Shown: one piece after another, positions 29,843 through 40,443 of the stretch | How positions within the stretch are numbered: position 1 is the first letter of the stretch | Layout: each line of letters starts with the position of its first letter | Assembly: GCA_963932905.1 (NCBI GenBank) | Contig: CAWVRN010000013.1 | Coordinates: 1 to 64,000 of the forward strand | DNA length: 64,000 nt | Direction of reading: 5' to 3' | From: an uncultured Bdellovibrio sp. | Lineage (GTDB): Bacteria > Bdellovibrionota > Bdellovibrionia > Bdellovibrionales > Bdellovibrionaceae | Translations under genes and position numbers: made by a program | Notes under the pieces: model-generated | Database searches by the model: none | Told to the model about the DNA's origin: nothing | What the model saw: only the letters and a program-made list of their open reading frames with translations

Positions 29843-31144
29843 ATGTGGAGCTGGATACTAGCGTATCGAAATCTAGGTCGCAATAAACGTCGCAGCCTTG
29901 CTACGGGACTTGCCATCGGCGCCGGATTTATCGGTTTGCTGCTAATTTCAGCTTACCTTTACCGCGCCCAACGAGCACTGCAAGCAAGCACGGTTTATCT
30001 AAATCACAAAGGCCATTTAGCTCTTTTTAAAAAAGATAGCTTATTTGAATTCACCTATCGCCCGTCCCGTTACGTGATCACTATCGAAGAGCAAAATAAA
30101 ATCGCTGATATAATTAAAAGCTTAGATGCCGATATCGAATTCACTGGTCGCTACTTAACCGGTACGGGATTGATCAATAACCTAACTAAAAGTACACCGT
30201 TTATCGCAACTGCCGTTGAACCTGAAGTGTATAAACGCATTCTAAATCACACCGAAGTTCATACTTGGACCCCCGATTGGGTGTTTTCTGAAACCATTGC
30301 CAATTCTGGCAAGTTTATAGAAAACCCGAAACTTGTTTCCATCACCGAATCGATGGGAATACTGATTGGCAAGGAACCACCATTTGATAAGTACAACGAC
30401 GACGAACGTACAATTCAGTTAATTGGAAAAAGTTTTTACGGTGATCTAAACGCTGTCGACACGGAACTAGGTTTACGCCACACCACCGGAATGGCTTTGG
30501 CCGAAGACACTAGTTTGTATTTAAGCCTGTCACAACTTCAGTCTTTGTATGCCACTGATGGAATCCAGTATTGGGCGATTTTTTTAAAGGACCCGTCGAC
30601 TCTGGCCCGCGTTCAGACTGAATTTCAAAAGAAACTTAAGGAACGAAACCTAAATATCGAAGTGTTTCCCTTTAATCACGAAGAATGGGGCGCTTACTAT
30701 GTTGGCTCATTGGGTTTCTTATTTGTCATAGCCTGTTTTTTTGTTATTCTGATTTGCGGTGCAGTAGTACTATCTGTCGTTAACACCACTACCCTTGGAA
30801 TCTTTGAGCGACACAAAGAAATAGGTACTTTACGAGCGACGGGTTTTCCGCCTCGAGCTATTTATTCATTATTTTGGAAAGAAAACTTTATTCTAAGCCT
30901 AATAGCTCTAACAGCAGGCTATATTGCGGCTGAATGGATCGCTCGCATCGTTAACGCCGCTAATATCAAGTTTCAGCCACCAGGAACTCAAGGCGATATT
31001 CGGTTTGTATTAGTGACGCATTTTCAAATGACTCTTGCACTTGGTCTGATTGTTATTTTAATTAACTTTATCTCGACAATTGTGGCAGTACGACGCACTA
31101 CTAAAACCACTATTGTAAACTTGCTTACGGCTTCAGGAGGCTAA
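29843..31144 (+). CDS. FtsX/MacB-type ABC permease
   Basis: AYRNLGRNKRRS; ERHKEIGTLRATG. Confidence 0.88.
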   Translation: MWSWILAYRNLGRNKRRSLATGLAIGAGFIGLLLISAYLYRAQRALQASTVYLNHKGHLALFKKDSLFEFTYRPSRYVITIEEQNKIADIIKSLDADIEFTGRYLTGTGLINNLTKSTPFIATAVEPEVYKRILNHTEVHTWTPDWVFSETIANSGKFIENPKLVSITESMGILIGKEPPFDKYNDDERTIQLIGKSFYGDLNAVDTELGLRHTTGMALAEDTSLYLSLSQLQSLYATDGIQYWAIFLKDPSTLARVQTEFQKKLKERNLNIEVFPFNHEEWGAYYVGSLGFLFVIACFFVILICGAVVLSVVNTTTLGIFERHKEIGTLRATGFPPRAIYSLFWKENFILSLIALTAGYIAAEWIARIVNAANIKFQPPGTQGDIRFVLVTHFQMTLALGLIVILINFISTIVAVRRTTKTTIVNLLTASGG

Positions 31145-31145
31145 C

Positions 31146-31868
31146 ATGAAATATTTTTTGTTGCTCTTAATTTTTACGATCGCTGCTCGCGCAGAAAACG
31201 CTATAGAGCTACTAAAGGAATCAGACAAAGCTCGCGGCGCTGTGGGCGAAGGCTTAACCTGGGCACTGACTATCGATACGGAAGAAGATGGCGAAGCCAG
31301 TTCCCGCGAATTCGAGGTAAAAGCTAAAGGACCCGATGCTTTAGTTGAAGCGACGGCCCCTGCACGCAACAAAGGCGAAGTTTATATTTTTAACGACCGC
31401 AATATGTGGTTTTATAAACCGACATTAAAAAAACCTGTGGCCATTTCCGCTAGGCAAAAACTAACGGGACAGGCAGCGAACGGTGATATCGCCAGCACAA
31501 ACTATGCACGCGACTACGATCCTACGATTGAAAAAACGGAAGAGATCAACAAAGATAAATTTTTTGTTCTGATGCTGAAAGCAAAATCTGATAATTTAAC
31601 TTACGATAAAATTCGCTACTGGATTTCGTCTAAAACCAAGTTAGCCATGAAAGCTGAATTTCTAAATCTTCAAGGACAACCTTTCAAAGTTGGTGAAATG
31701 ACATATAAAAACTCGATTAAAGCTGATGGCAAATCTATTCCTTTTATCAGCGAATTAAAAATCACGGATGCTAAGTTCAACAAAAATTTCAGTATTATTA
31801 AATACAAAAGCCCAAAAGCAGAGAAACTTTCAGATTCTATCTTTAATGTAAACAATTTGAGCCGGTGA
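31146..31868 (+). CDS. Outer-membrane lipoprotein-sorting (LolA-like) protein
   Basis: Signal peptide; NMWFYKP..PVAIS.RQKL.GQAANGDIA.TNY..DY. Confidence 0.8.
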   Translation: MKYFLLLLIFTIAARAENAIELLKESDKARGAVGEGLTWALTIDTEEDGEASSREFEVKAKGPDALVEATAPARNKGEVYIFNDRNMWFYKPTLKKPVAISARQKLTGQAANGDIASTNYARDYDPTIEKTEEINKDKFFVLMLKAKSDNLTYDKIRYWISSKTKLAMKAEFLNLQGQPFKVGEMTYKNSIKADGKSIPFISELKITDAKFNKNFSIIKYKSPKAEKLSDSIFNVNNLSR

Positions 31869-33187
31869 AATATTTAATTCGAATTGCTTTTAGAAATGTC
31901 CGAGTCAATTTAAAGCCCTCTTTAGCGGCTCTGCTCTCTATTTCTGCCGCTTATATGACGATTTTAATTTTTGATGGCTATATCGAAAGCGTTTCTAGGC
32001 TGTATTTAAATTCGTATCGTTATCGTCAGATGTATGGTGATTTTATTATTCAAAATCCGCTACTGCGAGCCAAAGAAGGTAAAGAAAATCCTTACAATTA
32101 TTCCCTAACGCCAAAGCAACAAGAAATGGTCGATTCATTTATGAAATCTAGGTCACACGACGTTGTGGCTTCCGTGAAAAACCTAGAATTCGTGGGAACA
32201 ATCAGTAACGGCCGCGTTTCCACAATATTTATTGCGCGCGCATTTCAACAGCAAGAAGGATTGAAACTGCGACGTCAACTTTGGTCTTGGAATGCTTTGT
32301 ACGGAACACCTTTGCATTTGGGCGATCCTGGAAACAAAGTTCTTCTTGGGCAAGCACTAGCTCGCACATTAGGGTGCCGTCCTAAAGAAAGACAAAAAGT
32401 TTTAACGCCAGCGGGTGGATTCAAACAAGGTTATCGTGAATTTAGCTGCGACATCGACGATATTATGCTTTCAGTTACAACAGCCACTGGCCAAGTGAAT
32501 TCAATGGATTTTAAAGTATCGGGAATTACGGACGCCGGTTACCGCGATGTGGACGCGCGATTTGTGATGGCCGATTTCAACGACGCTCAAACGCTGATGC
32601 ATACGGATCGTGTGGGTTATTACACCGTGTTGCTTGAAAACGATGTTTCACGAAGTCAGTTTCTTCGTGACTTTGAAGCCGCTGTCACTATGACAGATCA
32701 CTCTATTAAAATTCAACGCTGGCAAGACCATCCCGTCGGCGACTTGTATAACAAAACAATGACCCTACTAGGAATTTTTCGTAATTTTGTAATTATTGTT
32801 TTGGTTGCGATTTCTGGTTTATCCATCGCCACCACATTTTCTAAAAACGTAAAAGAACGGACCCGTGAAATCGGTTTACTATTAAGCCTTGGATTTTATC
32901 GCCGTAAAGTTTTAGGCATTTTCCTTTATGAAAGTATTATTTTAAGTCTAGTGGGAATCGCGTTTGGTTTTGTCGGTGGCATTCTATTTTCACTTATTCT
33001 AAATGCTAGCCACATCTACTACAAAGCGGGATTACTTTCAGAGCCTGTCGTGTTTTACGTTATTCCAAATTGGTCATCATTGGCGTTTGGTGCCATTGGC
33101 TTGGTTATCCTTGCTATCGTTGCGTGCTACTTTAGCACACGATCAACTCTGAAAAAAAGTGTGGTGGAATGTCTTCAGCATTCTTAA
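31865..33187 (+). CDS. FtsX/MacB-type ABC permease (second)
   Basis: IAFRNVR; ERTREIGLLLSLG. Confidence 0.85.
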   Translation: MKYLIRIAFRNVRVNLKPSLAALLSISAAYMTILIFDGYIESVSRLYLNSYRYRQMYGDFIIQNPLLRAKEGKENPYNYSLTPKQQEMVDSFMKSRSHDVVASVKNLEFVGTISNGRVSTIFIARAFQQQEGLKLRRQLWSWNALYGTPLHLGDPGNKVLLGQALARTLGCRPKERQKVLTPAGGFKQGYREFSCDIDDIMLSVTTATGQVNSMDFKVSGITDAGYRDVDARFVMADFNDAQTLMHTDRVGYYTVLLENDVSRSQFLRDFEAAVTMTDHSIKIQRWQDHPVGDLYNKTMTLLGIFRNFVIIVLVAISGLSIATTFSKNVKERTREIGLLLSLGFYRRKVLGIFLYESIILSLVGIAFGFVGGILFSLILNASHIYYKAGLLSEPVVFYVIPNWSSLAFGAIGLVILAIVACYFSTRSTLKKSVVECLQHS

Positions 33188-34443
33188 CACACTTTTTTAC
33201 AGTTTTGATCACTTTGGTTTTCGGCTTTTTGCAGAATGCCTGGGGAAAGTTTGATTTTCGTTCTGAAAATTATTTTTCAGGTCGTCGTTATTCGTTAGAA
33301 TCCGTTCGGTTTGATCCCACTAATCGCATATTTAATCGTCCAGACTATCTTGGCAGCGTGGATATCAGACCAGAATTCAAACTGACAATTGAGATTCAAA
33401 AATTTATTCTGCGCCCCCGTTGGACGTACACGCACGAAAGCATTCATTACTCTGATACTAATACCGACCGGTCCATTAGTTCTGGGAAAATAGATTTGTC
33501 TGACGCCTATCTAGAATCTATTTGGTCCGAGGAAGTGCGCACGACTATTGGCCTTCAGGTCTATCAATGGGGACCCGCAGAATTTCTAAATGCCTCGAAT
33601 CCCATTTTCCATTTAAATACGCAGCAACGAAGCACCTTGTTTAAAGAAAAGGGCAAAGTACTACTTCGAATCAATATGGACTATAGCAAAAACTGGAATC
33701 AAGTATTCCTTTATGAACCCATCAGCAATGCTGAACGCCCTTGGATAGCCGATGAGACCTTTCAACCAAAAACCTTGGTAAAAACCGAATGGATCGGCGA
33801 ATCTGGAATCGATTCCTTCGGGTTTGTATTTGGTAAAGAAGAACGCGGCCAAGGTTTTTTTGGTGAGTACTTCAATTTTTCGCCGACAGAAGGATTTTCT
33901 TTTTATCTGGATTCAAAACATACCGAAACATCACCGGCATACTATCCCGATGCCAACGCTTATGGAACCGAGAGCCTAGTGTATAATAATAGAGTTCGCG
34001 GTGGCTGGGCAAGTTTCGGTGTCGCCGGTCTACGCAAAGAATGGAGCCATCTAGATTTTCGAGCAGAATATATCTACAATACGGGCGGCTGGACCACGGA
34101 ACAATTCCAAGATGCTAAAGTTATTCTGACTCAAAAAAATCCAGACACACCAAGCAACTATGCTCGATTTGCTAGCCCGGGCCTTGAGTTAATTGGACGT
34201 GGCTATGGTTATCTATCCATGCGGTTTTTCAATATTGGAAAGAAAGACAATCACAGCATTGCGTTTCGGTACTTGCTTTCGCAAGCCGACTCTTCGAGTA
34301 ATTTGACGATTACCTATGATTGGGATTTCAATAATTTCATCAATATATTTGCTGAATTCGCAGGTTCATTTGGGTCACAAGAAAGCGAACTTAATTTGTT
34401 ACAACAACAGTCTATGATGATCGGTTTTCGCTGGAGTTTGTAA
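33169..34443 (+). CDS. Putative outer-membrane beta-barrel protein
   Basis: Signal peptide; G.Q..QWGPAEFLNASNP; C-terminal GFRWSL. Confidence 0.65.
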   Translation: MSSAFLTHFFTVLITLVFGFLQNAWGKFDFRSENYFSGRRYSLESVRFDPTNRIFNRPDYLGSVDIRPEFKLTIEIQKFILRPRWTYTHESIHYSDTNTDRSISSGKIDLSDAYLESIWSEEVRTTIGLQVYQWGPAEFLNASNPIFHLNTQQRSTLFKEKGKVLLRINMDYSKNWNQVFLYEPISNAERPWIADETFQPKTLVKTEWIGESGIDSFGFVFGKEERGQGFFGEYFNFSPTEGFSFYLDSKHTETSPAYYPDANAYGTESLVYNNRVRGGWASFGVAGLRKEWSHLDFRAEYIYNTGGWTTEQFQDAKVILTQKNPDTPSNYARFASPGLELIGRGYGYLSMRFFNIGKKDNHSIAFRYLLSQADSSSNLTITYDWDFNNFINIFAEFAGSFGSQESELNLLQQQSMMIGFRWSL

Positions 34444-34525
34444 CTAAAGTCTAGGTATTTTATAAACGAAAAACCAATCATCTCCTAACACCACACTAAC
34501 AAATTTTGAGCTAACATAGTTACAA

Positions 34526-35428
34526 ATGTTAAACACTATCGCGCTTGAAACATGGAAACGGGCTTCACAGAATCTGATCTCGCTCTATCAGCTTCGCTTG
34601 AATAGAGTTCTTAGCCAAAACGCGAAGCATTTAGTTTTTGCGAAGAGTGATCGCTATGAAATAGAAACTATTCAACGGTCGACCGATTTCTACGCCGCTC
34701 TGAAACTACGGCGCTCAATTGAAAAATCAAATCATAGTTTACGAGTCGGCTTATCGGACTTCGCTTTAACAGACGATTTTGATATCCAAGCCGATCACGT
34801 CATGATTCGCGATACAAAGACAGGAACTCTAGTTGGCGGATTTAGATTGCTTTCTTCGCACCATACACAAAGTTTTTCGAATGAAATAGTTTTTAATATC
34901 GATAGTATCAAAAACCAATCAGTGGCAATTTTAGAACTCAGCCGTTTGTTTTTACTTCCGGAACACAATCACAAAGGCATGATGGCCATTGCAGCTCGCT
35001 TTCTATCTCAGTACAGCCTTCTAGCTCAAACTGATGTTATCATCAGCAATCAAAGTATTAATTCGGGCGCCAGTCGTAGTGCTGCGTTGGTAAATCAATA
35101 TTTCAATTCAATCGGTTTGCATAATTCATTTTTTAAATGTCAGGTTCAAAATCACTTTCAAATTCCAAATTATCAGCATTGGACTAACTATTTCAAAAGT
35201 GGATTGAATGATGGTGAGCTTTGTGAAAGCGCAGCTCTGTTGCCGACTGTCTTCCGCGATAGTTTGAATATTGGTGCTACGATTGCCGCCCCTCCCGGCT
35301 TTGATCGAACTACAAATCGTATAGATTTCTTGACGATTTTACATAAAGAAGATTTAAATAGATCACTGTGGAAGCAATCATCACCCCTTTCCGAGTTATC
35401 TATCGCGTTTTCCTATTCCTCGCAGTAG
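34526..35428 (+). CDS. GNAT acyltransferase, OlsB/hemolysin-like (ornithine-lipid type)
   Basis: DDFD..ADH..I.D..TG.LVGGFRL, LELSR; overlaps an acyltransferase gene. Confidence 0.65.
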   Translation: MLNTIALETWKRASQNLISLYQLRLNRVLSQNAKHLVFAKSDRYEIETIQRSTDFYAALKLRRSIEKSNHSLRVGLSDFALTDDFDIQADHVMIRDTKTGTLVGGFRLLSSHHTQSFSNEIVFNIDSIKNQSVAILELSRLFLLPEHNHKGMMAIAARFLSQYSLLAQTDVIISNQSINSGASRSAALVNQYFNSIGLHNSFFKCQVQNHFQIPNYQHWTNYFKSGLNDGELCESAALLPTVFRDSLNIGATIAAPPGFDRTTNRIDFLTILHKEDLNRSLWKQSSPLSELSIAFSYSSQ

Positions 35429-36156
35429 CGACGGTTTATTTCATTTCTGCATTTTATGTTCACTTGACAGTCAAAGGCGTGAATTCTCGTCGTCGTGCCT
35501 TTTCTGAAAATGCAGCTAAGTATACGAAACTGATTTGTCAGTTATATAATATTAAAATAGAGCTTCATAATTTTCCAAAAGGTAATGACCCTGGCCTAAT
35601 TGTAGGCAACCATTTAGGCTTTATCGATATTTTAGTTATGCATTCCTTAACCAAAGCACTATTTATTACTTCAGAAGAAATGCGCAAAACACCGTTGTTA
35701 GGCATCATCACTGAAATGGCTGGTTGCATGTATGTAGATCGCAAAAATCGATCTAACATCAAAGGCGAATTAGGCAGTATCGTCAGTACGCTAAAAGATG
35801 GTTTTCGCGTCACATTATATCCAGAAGCCACATCCCATAACGGCGAAGAAGTTCTGCCATTTAAGCGCACACTAATTAGCGCCGCGGCTCAGGCTGGCAC
35901 GGCGATATTTCCTTACTGCTTCAATTTTAAGTCGATAAACGGCGGTCCGTTCAACATGAAATATCGCGACTATGTTTGTTGGTATGGTGATATAACGTTT
36001 TTTACCTCGTTCATTCGATCATGTGCCCTAAAAGAAGTAGTTTGCGAGGTCATCTTTCTGGAACCTTACTACCCTAAACCAGATCAAGATCGCGGCGAAG
36101 TCGCCGACGAAATTCGCCGACGTATCGTTGAAAAATTTAAACCGGTACAAAAGTAA
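35368..36156 (+). CDS. Lysophospholipid acyltransferase (PlsC/OlsA-like)
   Basis: NHLGFID, YVDR, LYPEATS, LPFK. Confidence 0.88.
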   Translation: MEAIITPFRVIYRVFLFLAVATVYFISAFYVHLTVKGVNSRRRAFSENAAKYTKLICQLYNIKIELHNFPKGNDPGLIVGNHLGFIDILVMHSLTKALFITSEEMRKTPLLGIITEMAGCMYVDRKNRSNIKGELGSIVSTLKDGFRVTLYPEATSHNGEEVLPFKRTLISAAAQAGTAIFPYCFNFKSINGGPFNMKYRDYVCWYGDITFFTSFIRSCALKEVVCEVIFLEPYYPKPDQDRGEVADEIRRRIVEKFKPVQK

Positions 36157-37137
36157 TTAAACTTTCTGAACTGTTTGGAAAATGCGCCCGAAGAGATTTT
36201 CGCCTTTTTCGTTCTTCATTAGAATTTCAATCGTATCGCCGACTTTCATAAACGGAGTTTCGGCTTTTTCTTTTTCAATCACTTCGATCGTCCGTTTTTC
36301 AACAAGGCAGCTAGAACCTTTCGTGTGGTCTTCGTTGGATACGGTGCCGCTGCCAATCAGGCTACCTGCAGCCAAGGGACGTGTTTTCGCAGCGTGTGCG
36401 ATCAGCTGACCAAAATGGAAATACATTTCACCGGCATTGGCATTACCAAAAAACTGACCATTTAAATTTACCGTCAATGGCAAATGCAAACGCCCCTCTT
36501 TCCAGGCTGATCCAAATTCGTCCACTGTTAAAGCTAACGGCGACAGCGCGGAGTTTGGTTTACTTTGAAAGAATCCAAATCCAGAAGCCAATTCTTCGGG
36601 AATCAACCCGCGCAAAGACACGTCATTGATTAAAACAACAAGCTTGATATGTTTTAAAGCGGCTTCCGCAGTCACACCAATTGGTACGTCATCAACTATC
36701 ACGCCCACTTCACCTTCGAAATCAGTTCCGTGCGAAAAGTCTACTTGAGGAATCGCTTCCGTGGGCGCAAGAAATCTTCCGGCTTCCCCTTGATACATCA
36801 ACGGAACCGTTTGCAATGTTTCCGGCAATGGCGCTTTCCGTGCCTTACGAACCAGTTTTACGTGATAGATAAATGAAGATCCATCTGCAAACAACCATGT
36901 TCGCGGCAAAGCCGCAGCCATTGTGGATTCTGAGTACGGCTTGATATCTTTAGCCACACCGTCAATTAATTCTTGATAACGGGTTTCTAATTTTGGCTCG
37001 ACTTGATTCCAATTTTCAACGGCACTTAAAAGCGATGGAGCAATGTCACTCGCATCGACATAATTTTTAAGATCCTTAGAAACAAGGACCAAACGACCAT
37101 CTTTATTTTTTGAATCTTTTAATGAGCCTAGTTTCAC
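36157..37137 (-). CDS. Fumarylacetoacetate hydrolase family protein
   Basis: PLMYQG, DFEGEV, INDVSLR, QSKP, GSGTVSN. Confidence 0.9.
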   Translation of the reverse strand: MKLGSLKDSKNKDGRLVLVSKDLKNYVDASDIAPSLLSAVENWNQVEPKLETRYQELIDGVAKDIKPYSESTMAAALPRTWLFADGSSFIYHVKLVRKARKAPLPETLQTVPLMYQGEAGRFLAPTEAIPQVDFSHGTDFEGEVGVIVDDVPIGVTAEAALKHIKLVVLINDVSLRGLIPEELASGFGFFQSKPNSALSPLALTVDEFGSAWKEGRLHLPLTVNLNGQFFGNANAGEMYFHFGQLIAHAAKTRPLAAGSLIGSGTVSNEDHTKGSSCLVEKRTIEVIEKEKAETPFMKVGDTIEILMKNEKGENLFGRIFQTVQKV

Positions 37138-37139
37138 AA

Positions 37140-37691
37140 TTAATCCATTGTGAAAAGTAAGTTCGCGCCTACTGAACGATACGATTTCAAACCTTCAGCC
37201 ACATCGCCGAATTGTTCAAAGTACAGATTTAAACCCATTTCAGGCATAAATTTGAAAGTAACACCGAATTGAAACGGAACAACCATGGACTTCACATCTT
37301 GCAATTTAATAACGTTTGTATTGCTAGATGTTTTATCTAAATTAACAGACAAAGCCACACCGGCATAGGCTCCCATCCACTCTTCAAACTTCAGCATCAA
37401 GCCAACCGGAACATCAAAGTAAGTCATGTTTACATTTGAAGACTCTTTAGTTAAATCGCTCGTTACTTGCAAAGGACGTTGTGTGTACATTACACCGGAT
37501 CTAAAAGCCAATTTTTCTGAAATATCCATGTAACCAACGGCACCGAAGGTGTAACCAACTTGTGATGATGTTGAAAAACCCGTCGCTACATCACCTGACT
37601 GCTGACGGAATCCGCCTTCAACCCCAAAACCAATAGCCATCGAGTAAACAGAAATTAAAGACGTTAATGCAAAAACTTTTAGAAAATTCAT
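37140..37691 (-). CDS. Small outer-membrane beta-barrel protein
   Basis: Signal peptide; amphipathic strands; YFDVPV. Confidence 0.7.
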   Translation of the reverse strand: MNFLKVFALTSLISVYSMAIGFGVEGGFRQQSGDVATGFSTSSQVGYTFGAVGYMDISEKLAFRSGVMYTQRPLQVTSDLTKESSNVNMTYFDVPVGLMLKFEEWMGAYAGVALSVNLDKTSSNTNVIKLQDVKSMVVPFQFGVTFKFMPEMGLNLYFEQFGDVAEGLKSYRSVGANLLFTMD

Positions 37692-37740
37692 GAGACACCT
37701 CTTTTGGGTTCATCCTAACGAATCACCCAAGGACCGTCTA

Positions 37741-38442
37741 TCAATTTCTGACTTTGTCGATCAGCCACAGCGGGTTATTGGAGAGGGTATTTATCAGTGG
37801 ATTCTTATGCCAAACCGAGTCTTCATAACGCAGATGGTGCTCACCGACTTTGCCTCGCGCCATAAGGGCAAGTAGCACAAAAAACAACACTTCCCGCTTA
37901 GGGTTTAATTTGTCAGAAAAATATTTCCATTGCGAAACAAGACTGAACAAAATGAGTAGCATAATTAAACTGCTGACGATTTGTAGAGGATGAAGAGTCG
38001 ATTGATAATCTAAATCCCAATAACAAACCCGACAGTCCAAGAAAAACAAACTGCGGTAGTCGGGCCAGTGCATCCAATAAGGAATATCAAACGGAGCATT
38101 CTTAGCTAAAAAGGGAATATTCAAATGCAATACCACAAAAATAGCAACCAGCACAAAAGCTTTATAAAGCTGAATGATGACCGAACAAATAGTGCGTAGT
38201 CTCTGATTGTAGGAAACTAGATACAATAAAAACACAGGAATCAAAAGAAATCCAATAACGCATAAATCAAATCGCAAGCCCCAAAACAACATCCGCAAAA
38301 AATCCCAAATAACAAACTCATTCGCGGCGAAAAAATAATTAAAATAAAAATAAAGTCGAATCACCAAAAATGGAATAAGAAATAGAAGAAAGAAAAATAC
38401 GGAATTTAGAAAGAAATTAGCTGGGTTCAATTTTGTTTGCAT
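37741..38442 (-). CDS. Membrane protein resembling the N-terminal TM domain of LTA-synthase/sulfatase-family proteins
   Basis: GLRFDL, multiple TM helices, RG..N..SNNP near the C-terminus; no catalytic domain. Confidence 0.55.
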   Translation of the reverse strand: MQTKLNPANFFLNSVFFFLLFLIPFLVIRLYFYFNYFFAANEFVIWDFLRMLFWGLRFDLCVIGFLLIPVFLLYLVSYNQRLRTICSVIIQLYKAFVLVAIFVVLHLNIPFLAKNAPFDIPYWMHWPDYRSLFFLDCRVCYWDLDYQSTLHPLQIVSSLIMLLILFSLVSQWKYFSDKLNPKREVLFFVLLALMARGKVGEHHLRYEDSVWHKNPLINTLSNNPLWLIDKVRN

Positions 38443-38549
38443 ATAATAGAAATCGTTTTCATTGGACTCTTACCAGGCAAGGCTGTCAATAACTTACTTG
38501 ATTTATAGGGGTTTCCAGTTCTATTCTGCCTATCAAGGAGAACTCGACT

Positions 38550-39215
38550 ATGTCACAAGTTACACTTTACAATTATTTTCGAAGTTCAACTTCATACCGC
38601 GTTCGAATCGCTTTAAATTTAAAAAATATTGAATACAAATATTCTCCGGTTCACCTATTAAATAACGGCGGCGAACAATACAGCCAATCCTACAAAGCTA
38701 TCAATCCTATGTCGGAAGTTCCTACGCTTGAACACGATGGTTTAGTGGTCGGACAATCGATGGCGATTATTGAATATCTTGAAGAGCAATTTCCTAATCC
38801 AAGTTTGTTTCCCAGGGATTCTCAAAAACGCGCCAAGATTCGTCAATTCTGCGAAAATATAAATTCATTCATGCATCCACTTTCAAATTTGAAAGTTCTA
38901 AAATATTTAGAAGAAAACAACGGCTACGATCAAAGGCAAAAAGAAATTTGGATTAATCATTGGTATCAAAAGGGATTGACCGCTCTAGAAGCCTGGCTAC
39001 AAAAAAATATGGGCCAATACTCTTTTGCAGATCAAGTGACAGTCGCAGATTGTTTTTTAGTTCCGATGGTTTTTACGGCTGAACGCTTTAATGTCGACTT
39101 AAGTCCATATAAAAATGTTATGCTGGTGAATTCACACTGCCTTCAATTAGATGCATTTAAATCGGCGCATCCATTTAGACAGATAGATACACCCGCAGAA
39201 GTTAGAATTCCTTAG
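38550..39215 (+). CDS. maiA: Maleylacetoacetate isomerase (GST zeta)
   Basis: LYNYFRSSTSYRVRIALNLK, NP..VPTL, QSMAIIEYL, AHP..Q.D. Confidence 0.93.
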   Translation: MSQVTLYNYFRSSTSYRVRIALNLKNIEYKYSPVHLLNNGGEQYSQSYKAINPMSEVPTLEHDGLVVGQSMAIIEYLEEQFPNPSLFPRDSQKRAKIRQFCENINSFMHPLSNLKVLKYLEENNGYDQRQKEIWINHWYQKGLTALEAWLQKNMGQYSFADQVTVADCFLVPMVFTAERFNVDLSPYKNVMLVNSHCLQLDAFKSAHPFRQIDTPAEVRIP

Positions 39216-39319
39216 CAGTTACACTACATAAAAAACGCGCGACCATCGTCGCACTTTTTCACTATCTATTTACCCTGAAAAACAGTGGCGTAGACTATGA
39301 GAATGAAAAAGGAGCTACT

Positions 39320-40324
39320 ATGAAATGGAAATTATTGATCATAGCTACATTAACTGTGGCCCTCTCATTCTCTTGCAAAAAGAAAGACGAAGAAGAAGCC
39401 GAAGACACTGACAACACAGCTTATATCATGACTGAATCGATGTCAGAAGCCAGTGGGCAAGCTAGTGCTTCAGAAGGTGGGACAGCAGCTGTTGGCGCTA
39501 GTTTTACCAGCGGACAACTAGATATTTTAGAGGAAGAAGTTCAGTTCGCTAAAAGTCAAGTGACACAAGCTAGCGGCGAAGTGAATCAAGCAGCGAATGA
39601 ATGTAAATATTCGTCTGTTAGAACGTGCTCGGCAACCGTCGGCACAATAGCGTGGAATAGTTGCAATATTTCTGGTCCTCGAATTACGACGACAATGACT
39701 GGTGGCTGGACAGAAACATGGTCAAACAGCGGAGACTGCTCTCTTGGTTATTTATCACAAGATCATACTGTAAGTCGCTCCTCTACCGGATCCACAATTA
39801 GTCTTCCAGCCGGCGGCAATATTACGACAGATACCAAAGGTGGAACCGCTTACGACGGAACAGTCTTCGTATCGGGTGCCATTCTAACAACGCGATCAAA
39901 CACAACAAATCGCGCCATAGGGATGTCTCCCACAAATTCAGCCATTCACAAAGTTTATTCTGGCCGCCGAGGCGCGACCATTTTTGACTACTATGTACAA
40001 CCGACCCTAACAATAACTGGCGCTAAATCAAACGGCGCCACCAGCGGACTAGGCACATCATCAGCCAACCGCGCTGTTTCTGGAACAGTGACGTTGTATC
40101 ACAATTTAGCCAAGTACACGGCAACAAACACATTTAATGCCGTTACATGGTCAAACAGTGCATGTTGCTTCCCAGTATCAGGATCAATCACCACAACATT
40201 CTCTGGTTCTGGCGCGCCCACTGGCCCAATAACATTAACATTCACATCAAGCTGTGGTTCAGCAACGTTAACAACGCCATCAGATACTGCGGGTAGCACT
40301 GTTGAACTGAACAACTGCCAGTAA
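39320..40324 (+). CDS. Ser/Thr/Gly-rich, Cys-containing lipoprotein
   Basis: Lipobox LSFSC; AAGGAG RBS. Confidence 0.8.
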   Translation: MKWKLLIIATLTVALSFSCKKKDEEEAEDTDNTAYIMTESMSEASGQASASEGGTAAVGASFTSGQLDILEEEVQFAKSQVTQASGEVNQAANECKYSSVRTCSATVGTIAWNSCNISGPRITTTMTGGWTETWSNSGDCSLGYLSQDHTVSRSSTGSTISLPAGGNITTDTKGGTAYDGTVFVSGAILTTRSNTTNRAIGMSPTNSAIHKVYSGRRGATIFDYYVQPTLTITGAKSNGATSGLGTSSANRAVSGTVTLYHNLAKYTATNTFNAVTWSNSACCFPVSGSITTTFSGSGAPTGPITLTFTSSCGSATLTTPSDTAGSTVELNNCQ

Positions 40325-40347
40325 AATAAATTTAGATTTATAATCAT

Positions 40348-40378
40348 AAAGGCAAGGCGAACACCCTTGCCTTTTTTT
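40348..40378 (+). terminator. Intrinsic terminator
   Basis: aaaggcaagg-cgaacac-ccttgcc followed by a T7 tract. Confidence 0.8.
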
Positions 40379-40443
40379 CCAAAAACGCAACCAGGCCTAG
40401 AACGACAAGTATCACCAAATAAAAATGGCTGCGGCTTGGGTAA

